This document shows, one piece after another, positions 12,558 through 22,529 of a stretch of DNA of 43,289 nt. Made by a program: the position numbers and the translations under genes. This DNA comes from Spirogloea muscicola. Its lineage: Eukaryota. Positions within the stretch are counted from its first letter, which is position 1. Each line of letters starts with the position of its first letter. Location: NCBI GenBank assembly GCA_009602725.1, contig WELB01000008.1:1123237-1166525 (forward strand), in the 5' to 3' direction. The notes beneath the pieces were generated by a model, which searched no databases, had not been told where the DNA came from, and was given only the letters and a program-made list of their open reading frames with translations.

Positions 12558-15500
12558 TCACAAGTTGTTGCATTCCAGTCTGGTGAACTTCGCAATGAAG
12601 AATCCAATGGTGTCCAGCTCGTGAGAAGGATCAAAGCGCTGGACAAGGTGTCGCTCTGCGCTGGTTAGCCATCTCCTGCACCACCAGCACTCTGACTATG
12701 ACTTTGCAGTGGTGGTCCACAGCCTTAGCTTAAACCCAGGGGGTTAGTGCTGGAAGAGCCTGACAGAGCAGCTCTGTCTGCCTCCAGGTGCTACATACAT
12801 GAAAAGCGTGGCCTGTGCTCATTGCCTCTATGCAAGTGAGACCTCCTTCATGTGCATATGGTGAGATGCTTTGTTACAATTCACAACAGGCGGTGGGTCA
12901 CTTGAGTTGAGTTGAAGATAGCATACTTATAACCAACGCCATCGAAGACGTCTTCTCCACCCACCAGCCCAGGTCCTCCCAAGCTCGGCTCCTGCGGCAT
13001 CAAGACAGATCCTAAGCATTGTGTATGCATCAGCTTCTGAAGCCAATACGAAGAAGTTTAGCACATAAGATGGCGCTTCTTTAGCAAATGAGAGTGCTCC
13101 AGCTCGTGAGGGGCAGGCTGGGTAGCATGTCTGCTTGCTTGCTTGCTTGCAGTGACAACCAGAGAGTCACCTGAGCCACAAGGCTTGTTTTACTCATGTG
13201 CGAACACTGGGGACCTTGAAGCAACTGTGAGGGAATTTTAGCCCCTAATAAGCATAGATACAAACATTGACAGGCATAGGTGCAAGCAGACCTGCGGCGA
13301 CAGCGTCAAGAAGTGGTACTTGTCCAGTGCATATCTGACAACGGCCTCATTCTCCCCTGGATTTATCGTACACCTGCACAGCCAAACCCCTATTGAACAG
13401 CTTACTCTTCTGCAAAAATTCTCTTCCGCCCCATTGATAAACTGAGCAATATAAAACAAATGAGCAGGTCAAGCACAGGTCATGCTGGTCCCTGCAGGCA
13501 GCGAGCAGTCCCGGGGAGGCATTCAGGTCGGGAGGGAGGTCGTGAGCACGTGGAGTAGACGAATGTGCCACCTGGCGCAACGAGCTGGACAGCCTGGTCC
13601 AGCAGCCGCCGCTGGTACATGCTGGCCATCCTCAGCTCCTCCAGCGTGCACTGGTGGCCGTCCAAGGCCACCATGCCCTAGTGAGCCATGTCAGTTGCGG
13701 ATAGGACTGCAACTGGGCATTGCCATGCACAGCACCCACGCCTCAGACACAGGGTTGACGACCCTACAGTATCTATGCTCACTGGCCAAACACAGCGCAG
13801 AATGCTTGGCACCTACCTTGAAGTAGAGCACATAACAGCAGGCAAAGAAGAGACTAATTGTGCACGCAGATGCTTACATCCCCCGCAAAAAGACGTGGCC
13901 TGAGGCCGAGTGCAGAGCAAGGTGCATCCAGCAGCACGCGGTCGAAGCTCCGCGGGGCAAAACCCGCATGTGTCTGAACCCTCTGTGCTGCGGCCACAAC
14001 ATCAATGCCGCGCCGCAGCCTCTCTTCGACCCTCCTAGCTTCTCGCCGCAACATTGCACTGCCTCTTTCAGCTTCTTGTCGTTGCTGCAAGCTCGCAGCA
14101 GTGCTCCGTGGAGAGCCAGAGACTGCATCGCCTTGCAGGACTGCTTTTGTTGCGTCCTTCTTGTACGCCTTTATGCAATTCAAGCCCATCTCACTGGCGA
14201 GCCTTCTGATGTTGATGACCTGCGAAATACAACAGCGCAGCGCCATTGATCCCGCTGAGAAGCACTACGAATAACGGTGCTGCGTTAAGTCCTTGCGGTA
14301 GCAAAGTGAAAACTGCACGCACATGTGACCGATTCATGTTGAGCACCCGTTTATTCATCTAGCTGTTCAAGGGTCATCCTCAGGAGAAATAGACCCGAGA
14401 CATGCTTTGCAGTCTGCTTAAAAAGGTGAGCCCGACAACGAAGTCTGACCTTGTTGTGAGAGCGGTCAAGGGCCACGACTTCGCCCTCATCCTTCATCAA
14501 GATGGCAATTGCAGTGGTCTTTCCACCAGGCGCAGCGCACATGTCCAGAACCCTTTCCCTTGGCCTGGGGCCTGGAGGAACGAGCAGAATGGCTTAGCTT
14601 ATTGTACTTCCACGGCCTCTGACTTTCTCACGGTCTATTTGATGCCTTCATAGTGGAAGGTACACTGCGTCTACATGTGAGGCGCCAAGGCGTGGTCGTT
14701 GACTTGCCCGTGTCCTGGGCTCATCATTTACGGCTGATATTGGAAACACTGGGCTAAGGGCTCAGGCTCAATAATAATCAGAGTCAGGGTCTACCAAAAC
14801 AGCTCCTAGAAGAGGTAAAAAGCAAGATACTTGCCGAGCACGTAAGCGGCGAGGATGCTGGGAAGGTTCTGCAAGAAGATGAGCCTGGGCAGCAAGCCTA
14901 TCACATTGACACGGACTCTAATCAGACCTTCAGTACAACCTGCATTCGGATTATCAAGTTATACGACATTCAATAGTTGGGTGCAAGAGCTTGGCACGGC
15001 TCAATGCTGCGGCACCTTGCACTTATCCAAGGACACGCAATGCTGCAATTGAAGATGAATGCCTGCAGAGAGAGGACATGACTGCCCCAGGAGATTGACA
15101 AAGCTCTAAGGCTGACCCACAGATGGTGTGGGCCATGTGGCACAGTAGCTCACTGTGGCAAGGAGGGAGGTCGAAGACCCTCTGCAGCATCTCGACCGCC
15201 ACGCCCGAGCTGTCACGAAACATCTTGGTGCGGGAGACCACGGCCCTGCCGACGCCGATGCCGACGCCGATCAGCCAGCAGCGCCGGTCGCTCGTGGGTG
15301 CGGCGCCCGGCTCGACTGCCACAGCGGAGTGATGAGAGTGCTCAGAGCTGAAGCACCATGGAGCTGCAGAATGACGCAGTGGAGGCAGCCGAGGTAACAC
15401 ATGGGAGCGAGCATTCATCTGTCAACGCCACTACCGCCAGTGATTCCTGGAGCTGAGCGAGGGGCAGGCTGCTCTTGCGGAGCAGCGTCATACATGCAGA

Positions 15501-16164
15501 TGCGTGCGCAGAGCCAAGCGTGGTGCCCCTGGTGAAGACTGCTCGGCTCCAGCCATTGCCAGCTTCTGCGACAGCCGCCATCGATCGATCCGGGGCACCG
15601 GACGGCTTCGGCGGCACCAGCTGCTCCACGGCAACTGAGACTGCCACCATGTCGCCGGCCTCCACATGTGAGCTGCATGCGAGCACGCCCGGCACAAACA
15701 CCTGGGCGCTCCAGGGGCGGGCGAGGCCCTGACAGAGAGTCAGCCGTGATCAGCGCCAACGTGGGCCTTTTGCAGCGGGGTCCTATGACGGCCCCAGGAG
15801 GGCCCGCCGGCTGCGAGCGGCAGCGATGGCGGGTCCAGCGGCTCGACAAGCGGTCAGACCCATGTCTCACGCCGGCACTGGGGAAGAGGCGCAGCAGAGG
15901 CACGTTCCACAGGAAGCACAGGCTGAGGGCTTTGTGGGATTATCACCAAGGCCGCCCACCTGAGCTCCGCGCAGCACGGCCTCGCCGCACTTGCGGCTCA
16001 CGACGACCTCCTTGAGTCCGCCGCCCGCCGTCGGCTGCGACGTGCCAGCAGCGGCGGCGGCGGCGGCCGCGCCGTAGTCCACGCGGTGGGGCCCGGAGCC
16101 CATGACCGTGACGACGCCCGGCACCGCCGGGTACGGCGCGCAGGTGAAGCGGCGCGGAGCGCCG
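12558..16164 (-). CDS. NSUN6: NOL1/NOP2/Sun RNA m5C methyltransferase NSUN6-like with PUA domain (5' end in N-gap)
   Basis: Spliced segments KEVVVSRKCGEAVLRGAQ|VFVPGVLACS (PUA), IFLQNLPSI, ERVLDMCAAPGGKTTAIA, VVALDRSHNK, FDRVLLDAPCSALGLRP, LLDQAVQLVAPGGTFVYST|CTINPGENE. Last exon reads LVQRFDP..DTIGFFIAKF...NNL*, stop at 12558-12560. Confidence 0.93.
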
Positions 16165-17080
16165 NNNNNNNNNNNNNNNNNNNNNNNNNNNNNNNNNNNN
16201 NNNNNNNNNNNNNNNNNNNNNNNNNNNNNNNNNNNNNNNNNNNNNNNNNNNNNNNNNNNNNNNNNNNNNNNNNNNNNNNNNNNNNNNNNNNNNNNNNNNN
16301 NNNNNNNNNNNNNNNNNNNNNNNNNNNNNNNNNNNNNNNNNNNNNNNNNNNNNNNNNNNNNNNNNNNNNNNNNNNNNNNNNNNNNNNNNNNNNNNNNNNN
16401 NNNNNNNNNNNNNNNNNNNNNNNNNNNNNNNNNNNNNNNNNNNNNNNNNNNNNNNNNNNNNNNNNNNNNNNNNNNNNNNNNNNNNNNNNNNNNNNNNNNN
16501 NNNNNNNNNNNNNNNNNNNNNNNNNNNNNNNNNNNNNNNNNNNNNNNNNNNNNNNNNNNNNNNNNNNNNNNNNNNNNNNNNNNNNNNNNNNNNNNNNNNN
16601 NNNNNNNNNNNNNNNNNNNNNNNNNNNNNNNNNNNNNNNNNNNNNNNNNNNNNNNNNNNNNNNNNNNNNNNNNNNNNNNNNNNNNNNNNNNNNNNNNNNN
16701 NNNNNNNNNNNNNNNNNNNNNNNNNNNNNNNNNNNNNNNNNNNNNNNNNNNNNNNNNNNNNNNNNNNNNNNNNNNNNNNNNNNNNNNNNNNNNNNNNNNN
16801 NNNNNNNNNNNNNNNNNNNNNNNNNNNNNNNNNNNNNNNNNNNNNNNNNNNNNNNNNNNNNNNNNNNNNNNNNNNNNNNNNNNNNNNNNNNNNNNNNNNN
16901 NNNNNNNNNNNNNNNNNNNNNNNNNNNNNNNNNNNNNNNNNNNNNNNNNNNNNNNNNNNNNNNNNNNNNNNNNNNNNNNNNNNNNNNNNNNNNNNNNNNN
17001 NNNNNNNNNNNNNNNNNNNNNNNNNNNNNNNNNNNNNNNNNNNNNNNNNNNNNNNNNNNNNNNNNNNNNNNNNNNNNNNN
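16165..17080. other. Assembly gap (N-run)
   Basis: Continuous Ns that hide the starts of NSUN6 and LPP. Confidence 1.
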
Positions 17081-18802
17081 GCCGTCGGAGGCGGCGGCGG
17101 CGCCGCGGGGCCGCAGCCTGGGCGTGCTGGCGCGGGAGCACCTCCCGGACTGGCTCCTCCTCGCCGCCGCCGCGGCGCTCCTCGCCGGCCTCAACGCCCT
17201 GCCGCCTTTCGAGCGCGTCGTCGGCCGCGACGACCTCCGCGGCCTCGCCTTCCCGCTCAAGCCCAACACCGTGCCCTCGGCGCTCGTCCCGGTGGGCGCC
17301 GCCGCCGCCGCCGCCGCCGCTCTCTCGTGGCTCTGCAACGCTCGCTGCGACGCCCGTGCCACGGCGCCTGAGCGGTGGCCTTGCCGCTGTGCCTCGGCAG
17401 GTCATTGCCTTGGCGCCGCCGCTGGTCGTCATCCTCGCCGTCTTCGCCGCCACGCGCGACCAGCGGGACCTCCACCAGGCCACGCTCGGCAAGGCTCGCA
17501 CCTCCTCGCCCTGAGTTGGGCACCCATTGTGGCCCTCACGGCGGAGCCGGGCTTGATGCTGCCGAGCAGGCGAGGCATGTCACGTCGGCCATGCTTTTGT
17601 CTGACGCCGTGCCTGTCCGTCGGCGCAGGCCTGGTCGCTGCAGTGATCGTCACAGGCGTGGTGACCAACGCGCTCAAGGCGTCCACGGGACGACCCCGCC
17701 CAGACTTCTTCTGGCGCTGCTTCCCAGACGGCGTCGCGGTTCGTGTGCCCCTCTGCCTTACTACGACGCACTCACTCGACGTCACCTCTGTTGTCGGGCT
17801 CTCTCATGTCACCTGCTGAGTCACTGTGCACGGCTCCTCGCTTCCAATGAGCAGGTATTTAAGGAGGATGGCAACGTGCTCTGCAGTGGGAAGCCAAGTG
17901 TCGTCCGCGAAGGCCGGAGGAGCTTCCCAAGCGGCCACTCGTCATGTAGGGGGCAGCTTCCTGAACATCCTCCGCAGTTTCTCGCATCTCCTCCTGCTGC
18001 TAACCACTGTTGAACCCGCTCACCTGCAATTCTGGCACGACCTGTGGCTCAACACCGCGCAGCTCCTCCGCCCTTGAGCCCTGTGCACAGGGGCATTCGC
18101 GGGGCTCGGCTTCCTGTCGCTGTACCTGGCCAGCAAGCTCTACTTGAACAGCCGCAAAGGCTTTGTCTACAAGTCCGTGCTTGTGCTCCTGCCGCTCTTG
18201 GGTGCACTTGCTGTCGGTATCAGCCGTATCGACGACTACTGGCACCACTGGACTGACGTCCTTGCGGGCTCCCTCCTTGGTGCACGGCACCCCCTTTTCC
18301 CTTCCTAACCTGCGTATCATCCCAGCAACCCACTTCATATGGCTGCAGCTGCAGAAGTTGGCACGCGACCATGCTTGATCAATATCACACGTAGGGGACA
18401 TCTCAGCCAGCTCCTGTTGCTTCACCTCATCCCATGAACCTTATAAGCTACCGTCAGTCTCATCAGAGATCCACTGTCATCCTCGTAGGCTTGGCCATGG
18501 CTGGTACCTTCTACTTCCAGCTGCTCCTCAACACCGAAGAACGTGAGTTGCTCTTCTGCCCTGCTTGCCAGTATTGGAGTTACACATTGATTCAATGTCT
18601 TGTGAGTTGCCTGCTGCATTTGTGGGGAGGAGGTGGTCGCCGACTTCCCAGCATCGGCTGCTTAGCTGCGCTGCTGACACTCACCGCGTGTACAGTGAAG
18701 CAGACGGTGAGGACGGCAAGGATGCTGTGGGACGAACACCCGAGCGACACCATGCCCTTAGCTCGGCATCACGACCTGGAGGAGGGCAACATGCACTCCT
18801 GA
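17081..18802 (+). CDS. LPP: Lipid phosphate phosphatase (PAP2 family; 5' end in N-gap)
   Basis: Exons about 17081-17291, 17401-17488, 17629-17738, 17856-17946, 18091-18279, 18489-18542 and 18696-18802. All three PAP2 motifs are present: [39 protein letters not shown]. Stop TGA at 18800-18802. Confidence 0.92.
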
Positions 18803-19136
18803 TATGCAGTCATGGCAGTCACCTGCGCAGTAGGCCCTTGGCACTCTGCAGGCTCCTTGTACAGCTAGATCAAGTCTGTCAGATACCTGCCTGCTTCCAG
18901 CTGTCTTGCATCACATTTATTCCTGGAGGCGTGATGTCTTGCAGAAGTTCTCCTGCTTGTCATGCTTTGCAAATGATCTTGCAAGTTGGTCAACTTGACA
19001 GAAATAATGGGGTTAATTTGACAGCAATAATGGGGTTCTTATATTTAAGCAGCCAACTCGATGCCTTGTTGAAGGCAGAACAATATAACGTGCATGTGTA
19101 TCACAGCGTGGAGGTTTATGGCTGCGAGGGCGAGTG

Positions 19137-20857
19137 TCAAGCGAGTCTGGAGGCAATGGTTTGCACGATAGTATGGTGCCAGGGGTCGCTGAGGTGGAGC
19201 AATAAGTTGTCGAGTGGTCCTGCTCCAGTAGCATAAGCCTGGATGGCACACCCCAGAAACGCCAGCATGGCCAGCCGCCCTGTAGCCAACCCAGCACTCA
19301 GTGGTTGAGTACGCAGGTTGTAGCAAGTGCCGTCGAAAGGAAGAGGAGAGGTGGTAACTACACTGCCTCGAGCATCTTGTGATTTCTGACATATCGAGAG
19401 ATCACGTGACCGGCAGTTGCAGGTCATAGAGAGATGGGGGGTTTGGAGCCCAGACAAGGTGCTGAGAGTTCCTTGACCGATTGGCTAAAGGCTGCTAGTC
19501 TGCCAACGCACCATTTTTGAGCTCCTTCCACCTCTGTGGCTGGGGCTTGGTGGGGTCGCTGGCAAGACCAAGGGGGTTGAACAGGGGGCCGCCTGGGTAC
19601 CTGAAAGGCGCAGCAATGTGACTGATGGCAAGATCTGGAGCACTTGGGATTGGGGTGCCCTCAGCTGTGCTCTGACCCTGGTTTAGCTCTGAGAAGTGAA
19701 AGTGGAGCCCGTGGCAAGATGAGTCTAAGAGACTGAAGTTGGACTGAGACAGAGCGGTCAGTATGGGTGCCACACATACCCGTTCGACAAGCCTCCAAGG
19801 GCCGGCTCGATGCCAAAGAAGAAGGCGTCCTCCGAGGCTTGCGAATGGGGCGTGACAAAGTCCATCCACCGCTTGCACTCGACAAAGCTGCCAGGAAGGT
19901 GCAGCAGCAGCAAGCGGAGCAGTTCTGACATGTGAGGCTTGAGTGTTAGAGGTGGCACCACTACTTCTTAACTGAGGCTTGAGAAAAGGAGGTGGCACCA
20001 CTACTTCTTGATACGCGAGCAAAAAAGACTGCAGATCCATTTAACGGTAGCACAATGGAAATGCTCGTGGAGCACTTCGTCATAGAGGAGGGCCCGAGCC
20101 TTGACGGGGCTGTTAGCAGATGCGACGAACTCGAGTACAGGCACACTGGCTGCATTGTGGCACTTGTGATCTGGATTCTGACAGATATAAGTGGGCGGGC
20201 TGAAGCTCACGCGAAGAGGATGAGCTGGATGACAAAGAGGCTCTCGGTGCTGACGCCGTTGAAGTGCGTAGCGCCGGCCTCATACCACACTGGCAGGTCA
20301 CTCAGCCCAGTGATGCGCAGGAGCTGCAGGGCGCAAGGGTGCCAGCAGCATCGCCGTCATCGATGGGAACCGACAGAGGAGGTACTCAGAGCGACGGCGC
20401 CGCAGGCAGCAGTGCCGGCGAGAAGGCCGTCGGCCAGGCCGCTGGCGCCCCGACCGAGCCGGCGGCCCGCTCGTACATCAGTGGCGAGGATGCCGGCGAC
20501 GCCGGCCATGGCGAAGCGGGCGTGCACGAGCTCGGCCTGGACGAACCAGCGCAGCGACTCGGGGTCCTCCCCGAGGCCCAGCGGGTCGAAGCCGTAGTCC
20601 CCGGCCAGGCTGCGCGCCACCGAGCACGCCGGTCCGATCAGCGGCTTCCCGGCGGCGGCGCCGTCGCCGGCCGCTAACAGGCCATGGATCGCCTGAGCTC
20701 TCGTTCTTTCGCCCGCTCACCTGCCGTCCAAGTGCCGCGGCGGCGCGCTCCCGGGCAGCCACAGCGGCCGCGCAGCCGCCGCCGCCACCGTTGCCGCCGC
20801 CGGNGCCGCGCCGCCGGCGGCGAGGCCGGCGGCGGCGGCGGCGGTGACTGCGGTCAT
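19137..20857 (-). CDS. LHCA5: Photosystem I light-harvesting chlorophyll a/b protein, Lhca5-like
   Basis: Six exons: Ala-rich transit peptide, [76 protein letters not shown]...|[49 protein letters not shown]...[15 protein letters not shown]...[13 protein letters not shown]. By recall this matches angiosperm Lhca5 best ([23 protein letters not shown]). Confidence 0.85.
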
Positions 20858-21019
20858 GGCGAGCAAGTGGGGGCTGCTGGGCTTCGGGCCAGCCTGCCGT
20901 CTGGAATCAACCGACTTTTCGAGTGTACGATGAAGGATTCTGGCCCCTTACCATATTGTTCATTTGCTTCCTGGTGCTGAACAATCACACCTCTACTGCT
21001 AGCTGCTAGATGCTAGCTG

Positions 21020-21300
21020 CTAGGTTACTAGATGTGCTTGCCTCGTACTTGGCCATATTGGCCTTCGATTGTTTCAAAATACACGATATTCTTCTCTACT
21101 GGAAGAGCGTAGGCGTGCGGTGTGCATGAAAAGGGCTCGCCCATTGAGGATAGGGGCTGGAGAAACCATGAAAAGAAAGCGTGGCCAAACCAAGCCAATC
21201 CATTGTTCGGACAAGCAAGTGAGCTCTACTCCTTTCCTCTTTTGCCCTTTGTACTTGGCCACACAGGCCCTTCATCTTTTAACACACAAGCTTCTTTCAT
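21020..21300. mobile_element. Cluster of CRE-like retroelement 3'-tail fragments in both orientations
   Basis: ggttactag-atgtgcttgcc..gtacttggcca (21023-21060) and 21250-21290 resemble the tail at 26728-26790. 21105-21215 resembles tails at 43085-43150 and 42910-42940. Confidence 0.65.
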
Positions 21301-21532
21301 CCCCCTCCTCGTCACTTCCCTCCTCGTTCGTTGCTGGCATCTCAAGCTGACCAGCGGCGCCGGGAACAGGGTGCAGCCCTTCCCGGTGGCTCGGTGCCTT
21401 TGGGTCTTGTGTCCTGCTACCGCATGCGTTTGTCTATGTTCCTATAGCGGTCCCAAGCGCTTGCTTTGCACCGCCGCGCTGGTCGCGCCCTTGCAGCAGA
21501 AGCTATGTCAGGACGGGGGGAGGATGGACCAC

Positions 21533-22025
21533 TCAGTAGTTACGAGTGAGGAGCCTCAAGTCCGACAGACTAGTTGCCGGAAATATATCCCCCTGACGAA
21601 AGCCGGAGGCTGCAGCAAGAGCACGGCCAGCACGCAGATGCAAGGCGTGGGCCATGGACCGCTGAAGGGAGACCGACAATCTCATACGATAGACTTGGGC
21701 CCACGAGCCAGCGGCGTTGAAGTCGATCGGCTCACCCCGCCTGCGGGGCACAGCGTGCCGCGCAAGCCTGGCCAGCAGGTCGAGCCACTGGGACCCGAGA
21801 GCCCCGTGCACGTCCACAGCCAGGGGGACGAACTCATCAGCAGCCGGGTGGTCGGCGTGTTTGGCCGCCTGCGAGCAGCCCTTGCCGCAGCATGGCCAGC
21901 CCGCGAGGCAGAGAGCTCCGGGTTGGAGCGGTCGACCACATCAGTGGTGACCACATCAGCGATGATGCGCGCGCCGCCGCCCGGCGTGGACGCCACCAGG
22001 GCGACATGGCGCGTGTGGAGTCCTC
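21533..22025 (-). mobile_element. 5'-truncated, frameshifted CRE-like retroelement (subfamily A, REL region)
   Basis: IIADVVTTDVVDRSNPELSASRAGHAAARAAR...DEFVPLAVDVHGALGSQWLDLLARLAR...RLSVSLQRSMAHALHLRAGRALAAASG...LRLLTRNY*. Confidence 0.85.
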
Positions 22026-22237
22026 TGGACGATGGCCTCAATGGCCTCAATGGGCGAGCCCTTCTTCTGGAGGATTGGCATAACGGAAGTTGTTCTCCAT
22101 CGTCACCGTGTAGGGGAGACCCAACAGGCGATGATGGGTGGCTGTACGGAACTGCTCATTGCAGCAGCCTCTGGCTTGCGCAGCGGGGTTGCTCTTCATC
22201 CCCTCAGTACCCCCGTGTAGGAAGTCAGATGAGCTAA

Positions 22238-22522
22238 GGGCCAATTTACACCGGGTCGGACGAACGCGGCCGAAGCGTACGTGTCGCGCACTGGATGGAC
22301 GCCCGCAGTCAAAGCATTGCCAAATGGAGGCCAATATGAGGCCAAGTTGCGTCCGTCCGACCGGGTGTAAATTGGCCCTAAGGGCCACTTCACGCCGGGT
22401 CGGTCGGCCGCGGCCGAGGGGTACGTGTCGCGTGTTTTATGGATGTCTGGGGTCAAAGATACTGCCAATTTGAGGTCAATATGAGACAATTTGCGAGCGA
22501 CCGACCCGATGTGAAGTGGCCC
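22238..22522. mobile_element. Two tandem 141-bp Tourist/PIF-Harbinger-like MITEs sharing one TAA target triplet
   Basis: TAA-[22238-22378: gggccaatttacaccgggtcgga...tccgaccgggtgtaaattggccc]-TAA-[22382-22522: gggccacttcacgccgggtcggtcg...cgaccgacccgatgtgaagtggccc]-TAA. The interiors are similar to each other. Confidence 0.88.
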
Positions 22523-22529
22523 TAATAAG

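Noticed and set aside
15867..17819. Long ORFs (450-577 aa) in the ORF track
   Set aside because: They are artefacts of reading through the N-gap. The same applies to 38257-40042.
22235..22528. CRISPR-like or satellite array
   Set aside because: There are only two units, each with TIRs and TAA flanks and no unique spacers, in a eukaryotic context. A MITE explains it.
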